Below, in pieces: positions 1 through 11,785 of a stretch of DNA of 64,000 nucleotides. The stretch covers positions 25,360,001 through 25,424,000 of the forward strand of contig NC_086097.1 of NCBI RefSeq assembly GCF_963921235.1, read 5' to 3'. Positions within the stretch are counted from its first letter, which is position 1. The number at the start of each line of letters is the position of its first letter. Below the pieces are notes generated by a model. It was not told the DNA's origin, did no database searches, and saw nothing but the letters and a program-made list of their open reading frames with translations. The translations under genes were made by a program, and so were the position numbers. Source of the DNA: Mobula hypostoma. Its lineage: Eukaryota.

Positions 1-100
1 CCCATCATGTTCTTGAAATGACCTGCATAACCCTAACTGTACCTCTGCAATGGAACACCATGCACAATGACCAAGCACTCTTGCACAGTGAGGACTAGAC

Positions 101-330
101 CATAATACCAAGGAGCAGAAGTCGGCCATTCAGCCCATCGAGTCTGCTCCGCCATTTTATCATGAACTGATCCATTCTCCCATTTAGTCCCACTCCCCTG
201 CCTTCTCACCATAACCTTTGATGCCCTGGCTACTCAGATACCTATCAATCTCTGCCTTAAATACACCCAATGACTTGGCCTCCACTGCCGCCCGTGGCAA
301 CAAATTCAAGATTCACCACTCACTGGCTAA
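101..330 (-). mobile_element. CR1 LINE 3' end fragment
   Basis: Typical shark/ray CR1 ORF2 end and 3'UTR motifs (ggccattcagcccatcgagtctgctcc, aatgacttggcctccac); similar copies recur at about 40880 and 44470. Confidence 0.75.
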
Positions 331-1384
331 AAAACTTGTCTTAGATTATATCCCAGGTCTTGCTTCTACAGTCTTTCTTTTATTGTATGGTATAAATTTA
401 TGTTCTGTGTGTCGTTTCACTGTCTGTTTTGATGTACATGTGATAAATAAATCTAAAATCTGAAACTTGAAATCTGATCTGTACTTATGTGCCTGTGGTG
501 ATGCTGCAAGTTTTTCACTACACCTGTACCTCACTGTAATTGCGCACATGACGATAAACTCAACTCAACTTGAGGAGCAACAAGGATGTTCTTGATTCCT
601 GGCTGATATTTACTCTTCAGCCATCAGTACAGATATTTTCATTCACCTCAACACTGAGTTGATTCCACAACCTATGGACTCACTTTCAAGGATTCTACAA
701 CTTATATCATTATTATTCAGTATTATTTATTTTCTTACTTATTTTTTTTGTATTTACATAGTTTGTCTTCTTCTGCACATTGGTTGTTTGTCAGTCTTTG
801 TGTGTAGTTTTTCATTGATTCTATTGCATTTCTTTGTTCTACTGTGAATGCCTGCAGGAAAGTGCATCTCAAGGTAGTATATGGTGATACCTACATACTT
901 TGATAATAAATTTACTTTGAACTTCTTAATCTTTCTCCATAAAACAGATTACCTGGCCTTTTATTTTTATTTCCACTGCTGCCACTCTGTCTAGTACCAT
1001 CTCATCATTCCTATAACGAGTGGGCAGGGTGGGGATAGGAACAATATGTTATACCAAACCGTGCATGTTAAAACTGTGCAGCTTTAACATAACTTCTAGT
1101 TAATTTCGACATCTCAGCTACTAAAGTATGTGATCAAGATTGTGGAGAGTGACTTGTGACCTATGCCCCTGTGATTCAGATAATAAGTGCCACACTAAGC
1201 CACAGCTGGCTCTGTAGATATACATATTTTATGTATTTAATACCTTTCTCAATGTGCCTCCCAAGTTTATACTATTTTATTGAAGCTTAATTTTTTGGGA
1301 ACCAAGCTTTTTTATTGCTTGAGGGGCAGCTGAATAAATTCCTGTGAATTGGTGATGTCTGCAAAAGAAATTAAATAATTCCTG

Positions 1385-1500
1385 TGGGCGACATTTCTTA
1401 TATCACCACAGTGACTACATTTCAAAACTACCTTATCATTAATGTAAATTCATTGTATGTCCTGGGAGTGTGGAAGATGATATGTGAATGTAAATACCTT
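1385..1500 (+). mobile_element. Old Deu-domain (SacSINE-like) SINE 3' remnant
   Basis: cagtgactacatttcaaaa...gtcctg...tgtaaat resembles the recalled shark DeuSINE tail. Confidence 0.45.
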
Positions 1501-1599
1501 ACAGAATTATTGTCCCACCTCAAATAAAGGACTGTAAAAAATGTAAAGGTTACAAAACAGTATAATACTGCTGTGATGAAAGGTCATTGACCTCTAACA

Positions 1600-2190
1600 T
1601 AAACATGGAACATAGAGCAGGCCCTACAGTCCAAGGTGATGTGCCAAACTTTTAACTGACTCCAAAATCAATCTAACACTTCCCTCTTACATAACTCTCA
1701 ATTTTTCTAACATCCATGTGCCTATCTAATAGTTTCTTAAATGCCTATACCATATCCACCTCTACCACCACCCCAGCAGTGTGATCCACACACCCACCAC
1801 TCTCTGTGTAAATAACCTACCTCTGACATCTATCCATACTTTCCTCCAATCACCTTAAAATTATGCCCCCTCATATTCGTCATTTCCACCCTGGGAAAAA
1901 GATTCTGCCTGTTTAGTCTATCTATGCCTTTCACCATGTTGTACATCTCTATCAAATCAACCCTCATCCTTCCTTGCTCCAAAGAGAAAAATCCTAGCTC
2001 ACTCAACCTATCCTCATAACCTGCTCTCCAATCCCTGCAGCATTCCGGTAAATCTCCTCTGCACCCTCTCTAAAGCTTCCACATCCTTCCTATAATGAGG
2101 TGACCAGAATTTAACACAATATTCCAAGAGTGGTCTAACCAGGGTTTTGTAGAACTGCAATATTAATTCATGGTTCTTGAACTCAACCAT
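1600..2190 (-). mobile_element. CR1 LINE 3' fragment
   Basis: Reverse CR1 motifs (ctttcctccaatcaccttaaaattatgcccc, tctaaagcttccacatccttcc, cacaatattccaag). Confidence 0.8.
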
Positions 2191-2292
2191 TTAAGGGCAG
2201 CAACTCTGTATCTCTCTCTATTGAGGCTGCCTGACCCACTGAGTATTCATAGCTCCAAACTCCCTCTACCTGGTTTCTTGAGCATACAGAAG

Positions 2293-2435
2293 TAATCAGA
2301 ATCAGAATCAGAATCAGGTTTATTATCACTGGCATGCGACGCGAAATTTGTTAACTTAGCAGCTGCAGTTCAATGCAATGCATAATATAGAAGAAAATAA
2401 TAATAATAAATAAATAAATAAATAAATAAATAAAT
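2293..2435 (-). repeat. LINE 3' tail (GATTCT)n plus a (TAAA)n microsatellite
   Basis: aatcag repeats at 2295-2316 followed by gtttattatcactggc; (taaa)n at about 2397-2433. Confidence 0.7.
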
Positions 2436-2519
2436 TTTATTCAGTATACTTTATACAGTATACGTATATTGAATAGATAAAAATTCTATTCAATAATAGA
2501 TAATAATAGTAATACAATA

Positions 2520-3140
2520 ATAGAGCAATATGGCATGGATACAGTCCCTTCAGCCTAATAAATCCATGTCACCCAGCTAGTCCCAATTTCTTGTGTTCAG
2601 CCCATATCTGTTAAGCCAGGCCCCTCCTTGTACCTATCCAGGTGGTTCTTGAATGATACCATTGTACCTGCTTCAGCCAGTACCTCGGTAGCCCATTCCC
2701 TCTAGTCACCATTCTCTGCATGAAAAACTCGTCCCTCAAGTTGTTCTAAATCTTTCACCTCTCAGCTTAAACCTATGCCCCATCGTTTTGAATTCCCCTA
2801 CCCTAGAGAAGAGACCGCTATCCAAAACTCTCAATTTTAAACTCTTCTATAAGGTCCTAAGACCATCAGACATAGAAGCAGAATTAAGCTATTCAGCAAT
2901 TGAGTCTGCTCTGCCATTTGATTAGGGCTGATTTATAGTCCCTCACAACACATTTCTCCAGCCTTCTCCCCGCAACCTTTGAACCCTATCAACTTCCACT
3001 TTAAATATATCTCCACTTTAAGGTCGCCCATCATTCTCTTGTGTTCAAAGTTTTAAAGCCCTACCCTGGCCAACTTCTCCCTATAACTCAGGCCCTCTAT
3101 TCCTGGCAACATCCTCATAAATTCCTTCTGGACCCTGTCT
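2520..3140 (-). mobile_element. CR1 fragments (nested)
   Basis: Reverse CR1 3' motifs, with a second CR1 tail inserted at about 2857-3010. Confidence 0.65.
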
Positions 3141-3345
3141 AAAGTCTTAACTCAGTAAGGATGCTTGAATTTGAAGTAGCTCCCGATATTTACTTTGAAA
3201 ATAAACTCACTCTTTCTGGTTACTTTCACCACAGCACCTGTTCCAGTTCGACAGGTTTCTTTTCTTTTCTCAACAGCATCTACCCTCGCCCAATAGCCTC
3301 ATGGTGTGGTGTGCTTCTTCTCAGCACGCAGAGGGAAGATAAAGT

Positions 3346-4812
3346 CAATTCTATCATTGTAATCTCATAGCTCCACAGCTGGTCTTCCATTACACCATAT
3401 ACTGGGTTTGTTTTGTGTTTCTCATTCTGTACTGATCCGCTGCTGTGTTCAGCAATAGCTCATCACACCATCGTTCATTCACCATGGGAGGTCATCAGTC
3501 ACATACAGGGGTTATGGTAGGATTCTTAGATCCTCCAAAGTTTCCGCGCAATTTGATAAAGTAGTTAAGAAGTTGTATGATGTGTTGGGCTTCATTAGTC
3601 AGAGACTGAGTTCAAGAGCCATGAGGCAATGTTGCACCTCTATAAAGCCCTGGTTAGACCAAACTTGGAGTACTGTGCTCACTTTTGATCGCCCCATTAT
3701 AGGGAGGAAGTGGAAGCTTTAGAGAGGGTGAAGAGAAGATTTAACACTATTATGCCTAGATTAGAAAACAAGACTTACTAGGATAGGTTGAGCTAACTAG
3801 TGTTTTTATCTTTGGAGAGAAAGAGGATGAGAGGTGACTTAACAGAGGAAAACAAGATGATAAGAGACATAGAATGAAAAACCAGAAACTTTTACCCAGG
3901 GTGGAAGTGGGTAAAAAGAGAGCAATAAATTTACAAGGATGTTGCCTGGCTTGGAGAGCATGCCTTATGAGAATAGGCTGAGAGAACTTGGTCTTTTCTC
4001 CTTGGAGTGATAGAGGATGAGAGGTGACCTGATAGAGGTGTATAAGATGATGAGAGACATTGAAACATTGATCATGTGGATAGCCAGAGGCTTTTTCCCA
4101 CAGATGAAATGGCTAACACGAGGATGCTTGGAAGTAGGTACGGAGGGGATATCGGGGTAAATTTTTCATACAGAGACTAGTGGGTGCGTGGAATGCACCG
4201 CCAGCAATGGCGGTGGAGATGGAGACTATAAGGTCTTTAAAGAGACTCTTAGATAGGTACATGGAGCCTAGAAAAATAAAGGGCTCTACGATAGGGTAAC
4301 TCTAGGCAGTTTCTAGAGTAGGTTACATGGTCGGCACAAAGGGCCTGTAATGTGCTGTAGATTTCTATGTTCCATGTACTAAATTAACGGTGATTGTTAG
4401 AAATATAGGGGGGATATCAGAGATACTGTAGTTCTTTTACATAGAATGATAGGTGTATTGAACATCCTGGTATGGGGTTGTTGTAGAGGGAGATACATTC
4501 GGATCATTTAAGAAGCTCTTAGATAGGCACATGGATGATAGAAAAATGGAGAGCTATGTGTGAGGAAAGGGTTAGATTAACCTTGGAGCACATTAAAAGG
4601 CTGGTACAACATTGTGGTCTGAAGGACCTGTGCTGTGCTGTAATGTTCTAAGTTTTAATGACAATTCTATCATTTTAACCTCAAAGCTCCACAGGTGGGC
4701 TTCCATTATATCATAAACCTGATTTGCTTTCTTCGTGGTGCTCATTCTGTAGGGATCTTCGGCTGCGTCCTGCGGTAGCTCATCACTCACCATGGGAGGT
4801 CATCAGTCACAT
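3346..4812. repeat. Direct repeat pair 3346-3504 / 4662-4812 flanking the CR1
   Basis: The copies align along their length (about 80% by eye); the terminal ACCATGGGAGGTCATCAGTCACAT is identical. Confidence 0.85.
3505..4660 (+). mobile_element. 5'-truncated CR1 LINE containing a second nested CR1 3' fragment (3931-4379)
   Basis: CR1 RT C-terminal motifs (ggttagaccaaacttggagtactgtg, gaggatgagaggtgac) occur twice, with two 3' tails. The inner copy is bracketed by TAAATT (3926-3931 and 4380-4385). Confidence 0.85.
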
Positions 4813-4919
4813 TAATTACAAACTCAGACTAAATTCATCAGTACTGGTCAGAAACATCTCACAGGCAGCTACCTTCCAGACTACCTTTCACGTCAGCATG
4901 CAAGGGTTACAGAACTAAC

Positions 4920-5112
4920 CTCTTTTCTCCCTGTGAATCTCCTCCAGGAGATGCTCTTGCTTTGTGATTTGCTCTATGAAAAGCTCGGTCTCTGACTCCT
5001 TGCTCTGCATGAGCTCCTTCAGCTGTCCTCGACACTGCCGGAGATGCGATCGCAGCTTGAGCTCCCGTCCATCGCGCTCCTTCACTTCCTCACACAGCCA
5101 CTGTAGCTTGGT
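4920..5112 (-). CDS. CEP128: CEP128 internal coding exon (193 nt, phase 0 to 1): TKLQWLCEEVKERDGRELKLRSHLRQCRGQLKELMQSKESETELFIEQITKQEHLLEEIHREKR
   Basis: ttttctag acceptor and G|gttagt donor. The peptide matches recalled human CEP128 TKLQWLCEELKERENREKNLRHQL...EQLLDEIHREKR. Missed by the ORF track. Confidence 0.93.
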
Positions 5113-5586
5113 CTAGAAAATGACATGGTCAATCAGTTTCAACCTGCATCCAGCACTATCTAAATCAATCAGAATTTTAAAACCATGATATGTCACTGAG
5201 AAGGAGTTGATGCTAGACAGTGATTATATTTAACATTCGACACAATGGTTCCATCACCCCACCACATTGTGAAGTTTCAGTCCTGAAATGTCGTACACTT
5301 TTTTATGCCTGGAAGATGAAAGTTGAAGTCAAAGTACATACGGCCTACACCACCTTGAGATTCATTTTCTTAAAGGAAAATAAAGAAATGCAATAGAATT
5401 TATGAAAAAGTATACATTAATAAAGACTGTCAAACAAAAAATGCTCCAAAAATGTCATCCCGCCAAAGGCAGGCTTAGGAGATTGACAAACACAGTAGCC
5501 AGAGGTTTAATAAAAATAACATGTTAATGATTATAAAAGAATTTACATTGAGAATAAGAATGATTACACTACCGTTGTGAATAAAG

Positions 5587-5813
5587 GTTATCCTCTGTGG
5601 AATTCTCTGCCACAGGAAACAGTTGAGGCCAGTTCATTGGCTATATTTAAGAGGGAGTTAGATATGGCCCTTGTGGCTAAAGGGATCAGGGGGTATGGAG
5701 GGAAGGCTGGTACAGGGTTCTGAGTTGGATGATCAGCCATGATCATACTGAATGGCGGTGCAGGCTCGAAGGGCCGAATGGCCTACTCCTGCACCTATTT
5801 TCTATGTTTCTAT
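5587..5813 (+). mobile_element. Young-looking CR1 3' end
   Basis: ctgtggaattctctgcc...ggctcgaagggccgaatggcctactcctgc...(ttctatgt) tail. Confidence 0.8.
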
Positions 5814-7249
5814 AGCCAAGCATGCACAATGATCTGCACAGGAACAGTTATTACCCTACAACCATCAGACTCCTAAACAGCATGGATAATTTCTGTCCCC
5901 TTAACTCGGAATTGATCCTACAACCTACTGCCTCGCTTTCAAGGACTCCACAATTAATGTTCACAGTATTAATCAAATACTTATTTATTTGCATTTGCCT
6001 TCTTTTGCATGTTGGTTGTTAGTCTTTGTTTAGGTATAGTTTATTTCATTTCCTGTAAATGTCTGCAAGAAAATGAATCTCAAGGTAGTATATGGCAATA
6101 TAGTCATACTTAGATAATAAAATTACTTTGATGTTGACTTCTGCTGCCAACCCCTTTGTCCAAGAACCAATTGTAGCTTCGGTGAAAGTTGTCCATTCAC
6201 AGACTCTTCCACCAAAAAGTAAGAATGCAGCCCATCTATATTTTTATTCTAAACTTAGTTCTAGCCATGCAATCATTATGGGTACCTTTAAGGACCACCA
6301 TGTACAGTATCAGCAAATATAACAATCCCAACTAAAAGACCTCCACCATCTACATATTTACAGAATTGGAAAGGCTTATTAAGTGGTTTAACTACTCCTA
6401 CCAGATTCTTATGGCAGCTGTCCCATCACTGCTGTAAAAGAGAGATGCAGATGTACTTATCACATGAACATTCAAACATGCAGTGAAATGCATCGTTTGT
6501 GTTAACAATCAACACACCTAAGGACGTGCTGTGGGCAGCTTGCAAGTGTTGCCACACATTCCGGCATGCCTAACATACTCTGCAGAGCAGCACAGAACAC
6601 AACAAAACATAATATACCAAGTGACAAAGCAACAATAGCAAAACAAGTTCCTCCCTTCTTCCCTCCCTTCCACCCACACATTTACACAGTCCTCTAACCC
6701 CAGGTCAGGCGGTCTTCTTTAGCCTCCAGCAGACTTGTAGAATTGCAGGCAGTGTGCCTTCAACTTCCCCAACACACTCTCAGAGATTCATAGACTTTGG
6801 GCTTTAGCCATCAGATCTCAACTTCTGGGCTTCTGATCAACCTTCAGGTTTCAGTCAGGGCTTCCAATTGACCTTCAGGCCTCAATATTCAGTATCCAAC
6901 CCAGATTCACCAATGATGATGAATGAGAACCCTGGATTACAATCCCAAACGCTAGGCCTTGAACTCCAGTCTGGCAATTCATATACCCAGAGGGTCACTA
7001 ACCCTCATTCTTCTTTAATCTGCTGACATCTGGCCACATCCATGTCACTGACTTTGAATGCAGAGTGGGGAGCTTTAGACTCCAGTCCTTAACTCCCTCA
7101 TATTCATGTCCCAAAACCCCAACCTAACCCCTTACTCCCCTCTCTACCATCAAAACCATCTCTATGAACCTAAAAAAAAACTAAAAAGAAAGAATGTCTA
7201 CAATGATCCTTTTCAGTGACAAAGGAAAATAACAAGATACGAAATGGAC

Positions 7250-7725
7250 ATATGGGGTGCTAGGGAGGGTATCACCTCTGGTGAATAGGCTTGGCATGTC
7301 TCCTCTGGGGCAGCTCACTCGACTTTACTCCCCACCAGACACTTAGCTCTCACCTGTGGCTCTGAGTAGTTGTTTGCATATGACCGTGGCAACACCCTGG
7401 TAGACCACTTTGACACTCAGGTTAAACCAGCTGAAGATAGACTGCAGGCCTCATACCCCGGTGAGACAGGGACGTGCCTGCCCTAGCACGCAAAGTCAGC
7501 CCTGGCAAACTGGGCAGATGAGATGAACAGGGAGATCCAGCAGGGAGGTCAGGGAGGCAGTTCTGCAATGCTTTATGGAGAGCAAAGGGCAGGACAAGGC
7601 ACTGAAGAAGTCACAGTCATCCACCATAATCAAGGAAGATCCCAGTTGTGATGACTACTCGAGCTATTGGACCCAGACTCCCAAGGTCAAGAGAGTAGAA
7701 CTGCCCCAGTCAATGGCTTTTCCAA
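7250..7725 (+). mobile_element. Unclassified GC-richer interspersed repeat, possibly RTE-derived non-autonomous element
   Basis: Compositionally distinct block with RTE-UTR-like style and long-range complementarity (7257-7265 with 7481-7489). Confidence 0.35.
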
Positions 7726-8294
7726 GGTCATAGTAAGTCAACGTAAATTTATTGCCAAAGTACATATATGTTAGCATATACTCCATTGAGATTCATTTTC
7801 TTGCAGGCAAATAAAGAAAAACAATAGAATTTATGAAAATCTTTTCATAAATAAAGATTCACAAATAACAAATGTACAAAAGAAGATAAATGGAACAAAT
7901 AAAAGAAAAATACTGAGAACATGAGCTTCAGAGTCCTTGAAAGTGAGCGTGTAGGTTGTGGGATCAGTTCAGAGTTGTAGTGAGTGATGTTATCCACACT
8001 GGTTCAAGAGCATGATGGTTGTAGGGTAATAACTGTTCCTGAACCTAGTGGTGTGGGAACTACTGCTCCTGTACCTCCTGCCCAATGGTCAGGAATTCTG
8101 TGATAGTGGATGCTGCTTTCTTGCTGTAGGGCTCCATGTAAATGTGCTCAATGGTGGGGAGGGTAACTTCCTCTTTAAAAATTCCCCTGCACAGGTTCAG
8201 ACTGCCATCATCAGAGAAAACGGACAACTAATCAATCAAATGGACAGTATGACCAAATGAAGCACTTTCTGGTACTGACATCAAAATCTATAAA

Positions 8295-8646
8295 TGACCT
8301 CCTTTCAGCAATTTTTTCCCACCCCCATCCCCTCTTCTTCTATTCTCCACTCTAGCCTCTTACCTCTTTTCACCTGCCTATCATCTCTTACAGGGTCCCC
8401 TCCTTCTTTCCTTTCTCCCACACTCCACACTCCACTCTCCTCTCTTATCAGATCCTCTCCAACCATTTACCTTTCCTACCAACTTGGCACCTTCCCCTTT
8501 CCTTTCCAGTCCTGATGAAGGAGCTTGGCCCAAAACGTTTGACTGTTTATTCACTTCCATAGATGCTGCCTGACCTGCATAGTTCCTCTAGCATTTTGTG
8601 CGTGTTGCTTTGTATTTCCAACATCTGCAGAATTTCTCATGTTTAT
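8295..8646 (+). mobile_element. Penelope-like element terminal (pLTR) fragment with a degenerate hammerhead
   Basis: Pyrimidine-rich tract, then cagtcCTGATGAagg...aaacgtttgactg...gatgctgcctgacctgc...cagcattttgtg. Confidence 0.75.
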
Positions 8647-8888
8647 CAACGACCTGAATCTTTTCTCCATATCTACTTTCACGTTTGCATTTAGTTTACT
8701 TTCAAAGAATGGTTCTTAAATATAATTAAGACACAGTTAGAAAGATTTTTGCATAGCAAGGGAAATAAGGGATATGGAAAAACGGCAAGGTGGGTGGAGC
8801 TGAGTCCGTGGCCATATCAGCCATAATCTTATTGAATGGTGATGCAAGCTCAACAGGTCAAATAGATGACTTCTGCTCCCATTTCATA

Positions 8889-9445
8889 CACTCAGTGGCC
8901 ATTTTATTAGGTACACTTATACATATGCTCATTAATTCAAATATCTAATCAGGCAATCATTTGGCAGCAACTGAATATATAAAAGTACTCAGACATGCCA
9001 CAGAGGTTCAGTTGCTGTTCAGACCAAATATGGGGAAAAAAATGGGGAAGAAATATGATGTAAGTGACTTTGACCATGAAATGATTGTTGGTGCCAGGTG
9101 GGGTGGTTTGAGTATCCCGGAAATACTAATCTCCTGGGATTTTCATGCACAACAGTCTCTAGCGTTCACAGAGAGTGATGCAAAAAAACAAAGAACATCC
9201 AGTGAGTGACAGTTCTGTGGATGAAAATGCTTTCTTCATGAGTGTCATTGAGTCATAGAAGGTCAGAGGAGAATGGCTGGACTAATTCAAGCACACAGGA
9301 AGGCGACAGTAGCACAAATAACCATGCATTTCTGAACATACAACACATCGAACCTTTAAGTGGATGGACTACAGCAGCAGAAGACCACAAACATACTCAC
9401 AGTGGCCACTTGATTAGGCACCTACAGTATGTAATAAAGTGGTCC
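8889..9445 (+). mobile_element. Tc1-type non-autonomous DNA transposon remnant
   Basis: TA|CACTCAGTGGCCATTTTATTAGGTAC left TIR and taataaagtgg right-TIR remnant. Transposase N-terminal remnant MGKKYDVSDFDHEMIVGAR. Confidence 0.8.
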
Positions 9446-10894
9446 CCATATGCTTTCCTCCAATCTCCTTAAAATTATGCCCCCTCGCATTAGCCATTTC
9501 TGCTCTGGAAAAAGAGTCTCTGTACGTTCTTATTCCAGACAAGAGAAGGTAGATCCTGTGAAGCCATGCTGTTGAATGCTGCTTTTCTGATTGAATGCTT
9601 GGAAGAAAGCAGGTAAAGGTCTTTTTTTTTTGTCTGGATAAAGCATCTAGTAATGAAGTGTATATTTTTGACATGACTTTGATTCCAAACAAATATAATA
9701 GAAAAGCTTTATTTCAGCCTACGGCTAAGCAGGAAATAACAACAAAACTCTGCTGGAAAACAGAAAGGTCTGTCAGCAGCACTCTTGTATGGCAAGGAAG
9801 CTGAAAGGGAAAGACGTCACGTTAATCTCAAGCCTTCAGTGAATGGCTGTAGTTAGATTGAGCTAAGCATCTTAGCATTAAGGGTAATTCACAGCCACGA
9901 AGGAACAAATGCTTCAACAGTTGCGTGGAAGGTAGCACCATATCCCACTGAAAATATGTTACATACATCTGCACAATGCTGCTATGAAAGCTATTTATAA
10001 CACAAATTAAATATTTTCTAGCATGCACAGATGAGCACAAGCATACACTTGTAAGAAAGCCAAGAGAAACATGCTATAATTCTGTCATAGTATGATAGAA
10101 TTATACAGTCCCTTTCATCCCACCTCATCTCTGCTGACCAATGCTAATCTCTGCTTGCATTAGGCCCGTTTGCCTCTACAACTTCCAAGTACATGCCCAA
10201 ATGTCTTTTAAACTTTTCAACTGCATCTACCCATTTCACCTCCTCGGGTAGCTTGTTCCTTCAACCAATGCGGAAAAATTACATAATACATGGAACATCG
10301 AGTACAGTTCAGTGCAGCACTGTACAGGCACTTTTGACCCAAGACTTTGTGCTGACCTTTTATCTTACTCCAAGATCAATCTACCCTTCCCTCCTACCTA
10401 GCCCTTCTTTCATCCTTGTGCTTACCCAAAAGTCTCTTATATGCCCCTAATGTTTCTGCCTCTACCACCACCACAGACAGCATGCTCCACACACCTACCA
10501 CACTCTGTGTAAAAAAGCTATCTCTGACATCTTCCTTATACTTTCCTCCAATCACCTTAAAGTTATGCCCCCTCGCATCAGCCATTTCTGCTCTAGGAAA
10601 AAGTCTCTGACTGTCCACTCTACCTTTGCCTTTTATCACAGAACATAGAACATAGGATATTGCAGCACATTACAGGACCTATGCCCACAAAGTTGAGCCG
10701 ACCTTTTAACCTACTCTAAGATTAATCTAATCCTTCCATCCTACATAGCTCTCCATTTTTCCGTGCCTGTCTACGAGTTTACTAAATGTCCCTAATGTAT
10801 CTTCCTCTTCCAACTCCTCTGGCAGGGCAATCCATGTGCCTAACACATTCTTTTTGCATTACTTACCTAAATAACTTTTAATACACACACTTCC

Positions 10895-11785
10895 TTTACT
10901 CTCTGTATACCATTGTGTCATCACCCACAGCTCTAATCTGCTAATTAAATTTGCTGACGATACTACATTGATTGGCCTTATCACAAATAATAACAAGGCA
11001 GTCTACAGAGAAGAAGTCATCGCCCTGACACAGTGGTATCAAGAAAACAACCTCTCCCTCAATGTCGCAAAAATAAAAGGGTTGGTTGTGGACTACAGGA
11101 GGAATGGAGACAGGCTAGCCCCTATTGACATCAATGGATCTGGGGTTGAGAGGGTGAACAGCTTTGAGCTCCTCATCATACACATCATCGAGGATCTCAC
11201 GTGATCTGTATATACCAGCTGTGTGGTGAAAAAAGCACAACAGTGCCTCTTTCACCTCAGATGGTTGAAGAAGTTTGGCACGAGTCTCCAAATCCTAAGA
11301 ACTTTCTACAGGGGCGCAGTTGAGAGCATCCTGACTGGCTGCATCACTGCCTGCTATGGGAACTGTACTTCCCTCAATCACAGGACTCTGTAGAGAGTGC
11401 TGCAGACAGCCCAGTGCATCTGTAGATATGAACTTCCCACTATCCAGGACTTTACAGAGACAGGTATGTAAAAAAGGTGCAAAAGATCATTGGGGACCCA
11501 AATCACCCCCAACAACAAACTGTTCCAGCTGCTACCATCCAGGAAACAGTACCACAGCATAAAAGCCAGGACCAACAGGCTCCAGGACAGCTTCTTCCAC
11601 CAGGCAATCAGACTGATTAATTCAAGCTGATACAATTATATTTTTATGCTATATGGACTGTCCTGTTGTACATACTGTTTATTATAAATTACTATAAATT
11701 GCACATGCACATTTAGACAGAGATGTAATGCAAAGATTTACTCATGTACGTGAAGGATGTAAGAAATAAAATCAATTCAATTCGA
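10895..11785 (+). mobile_element. Rex/Babar-type LINE, 5'-truncated RT and 3'UTR
   Basis: KFADDTTLIGLI, NNLSLNV.K.K..VVDYR, SFFHQAIRL; AATAAA followed by (attca)n tail. Confidence 0.8.

Noticed and set aside
3211..3280. Minus-strand donor-like AGA|gtgagt at 3211, a possible next CEP128 exon
   Set aside because: No proper polypyrimidine acceptor, and the phase-1 translation (DAVEKRKETCRTG..) does not resemble the expected DLLEETQRKDEE.
4593..4793. 66-aa ORF in the duplicated segment
   Set aside because: The sister copy is frameshifted, differences show no synonymous bias, and the ORF runs into CR1.
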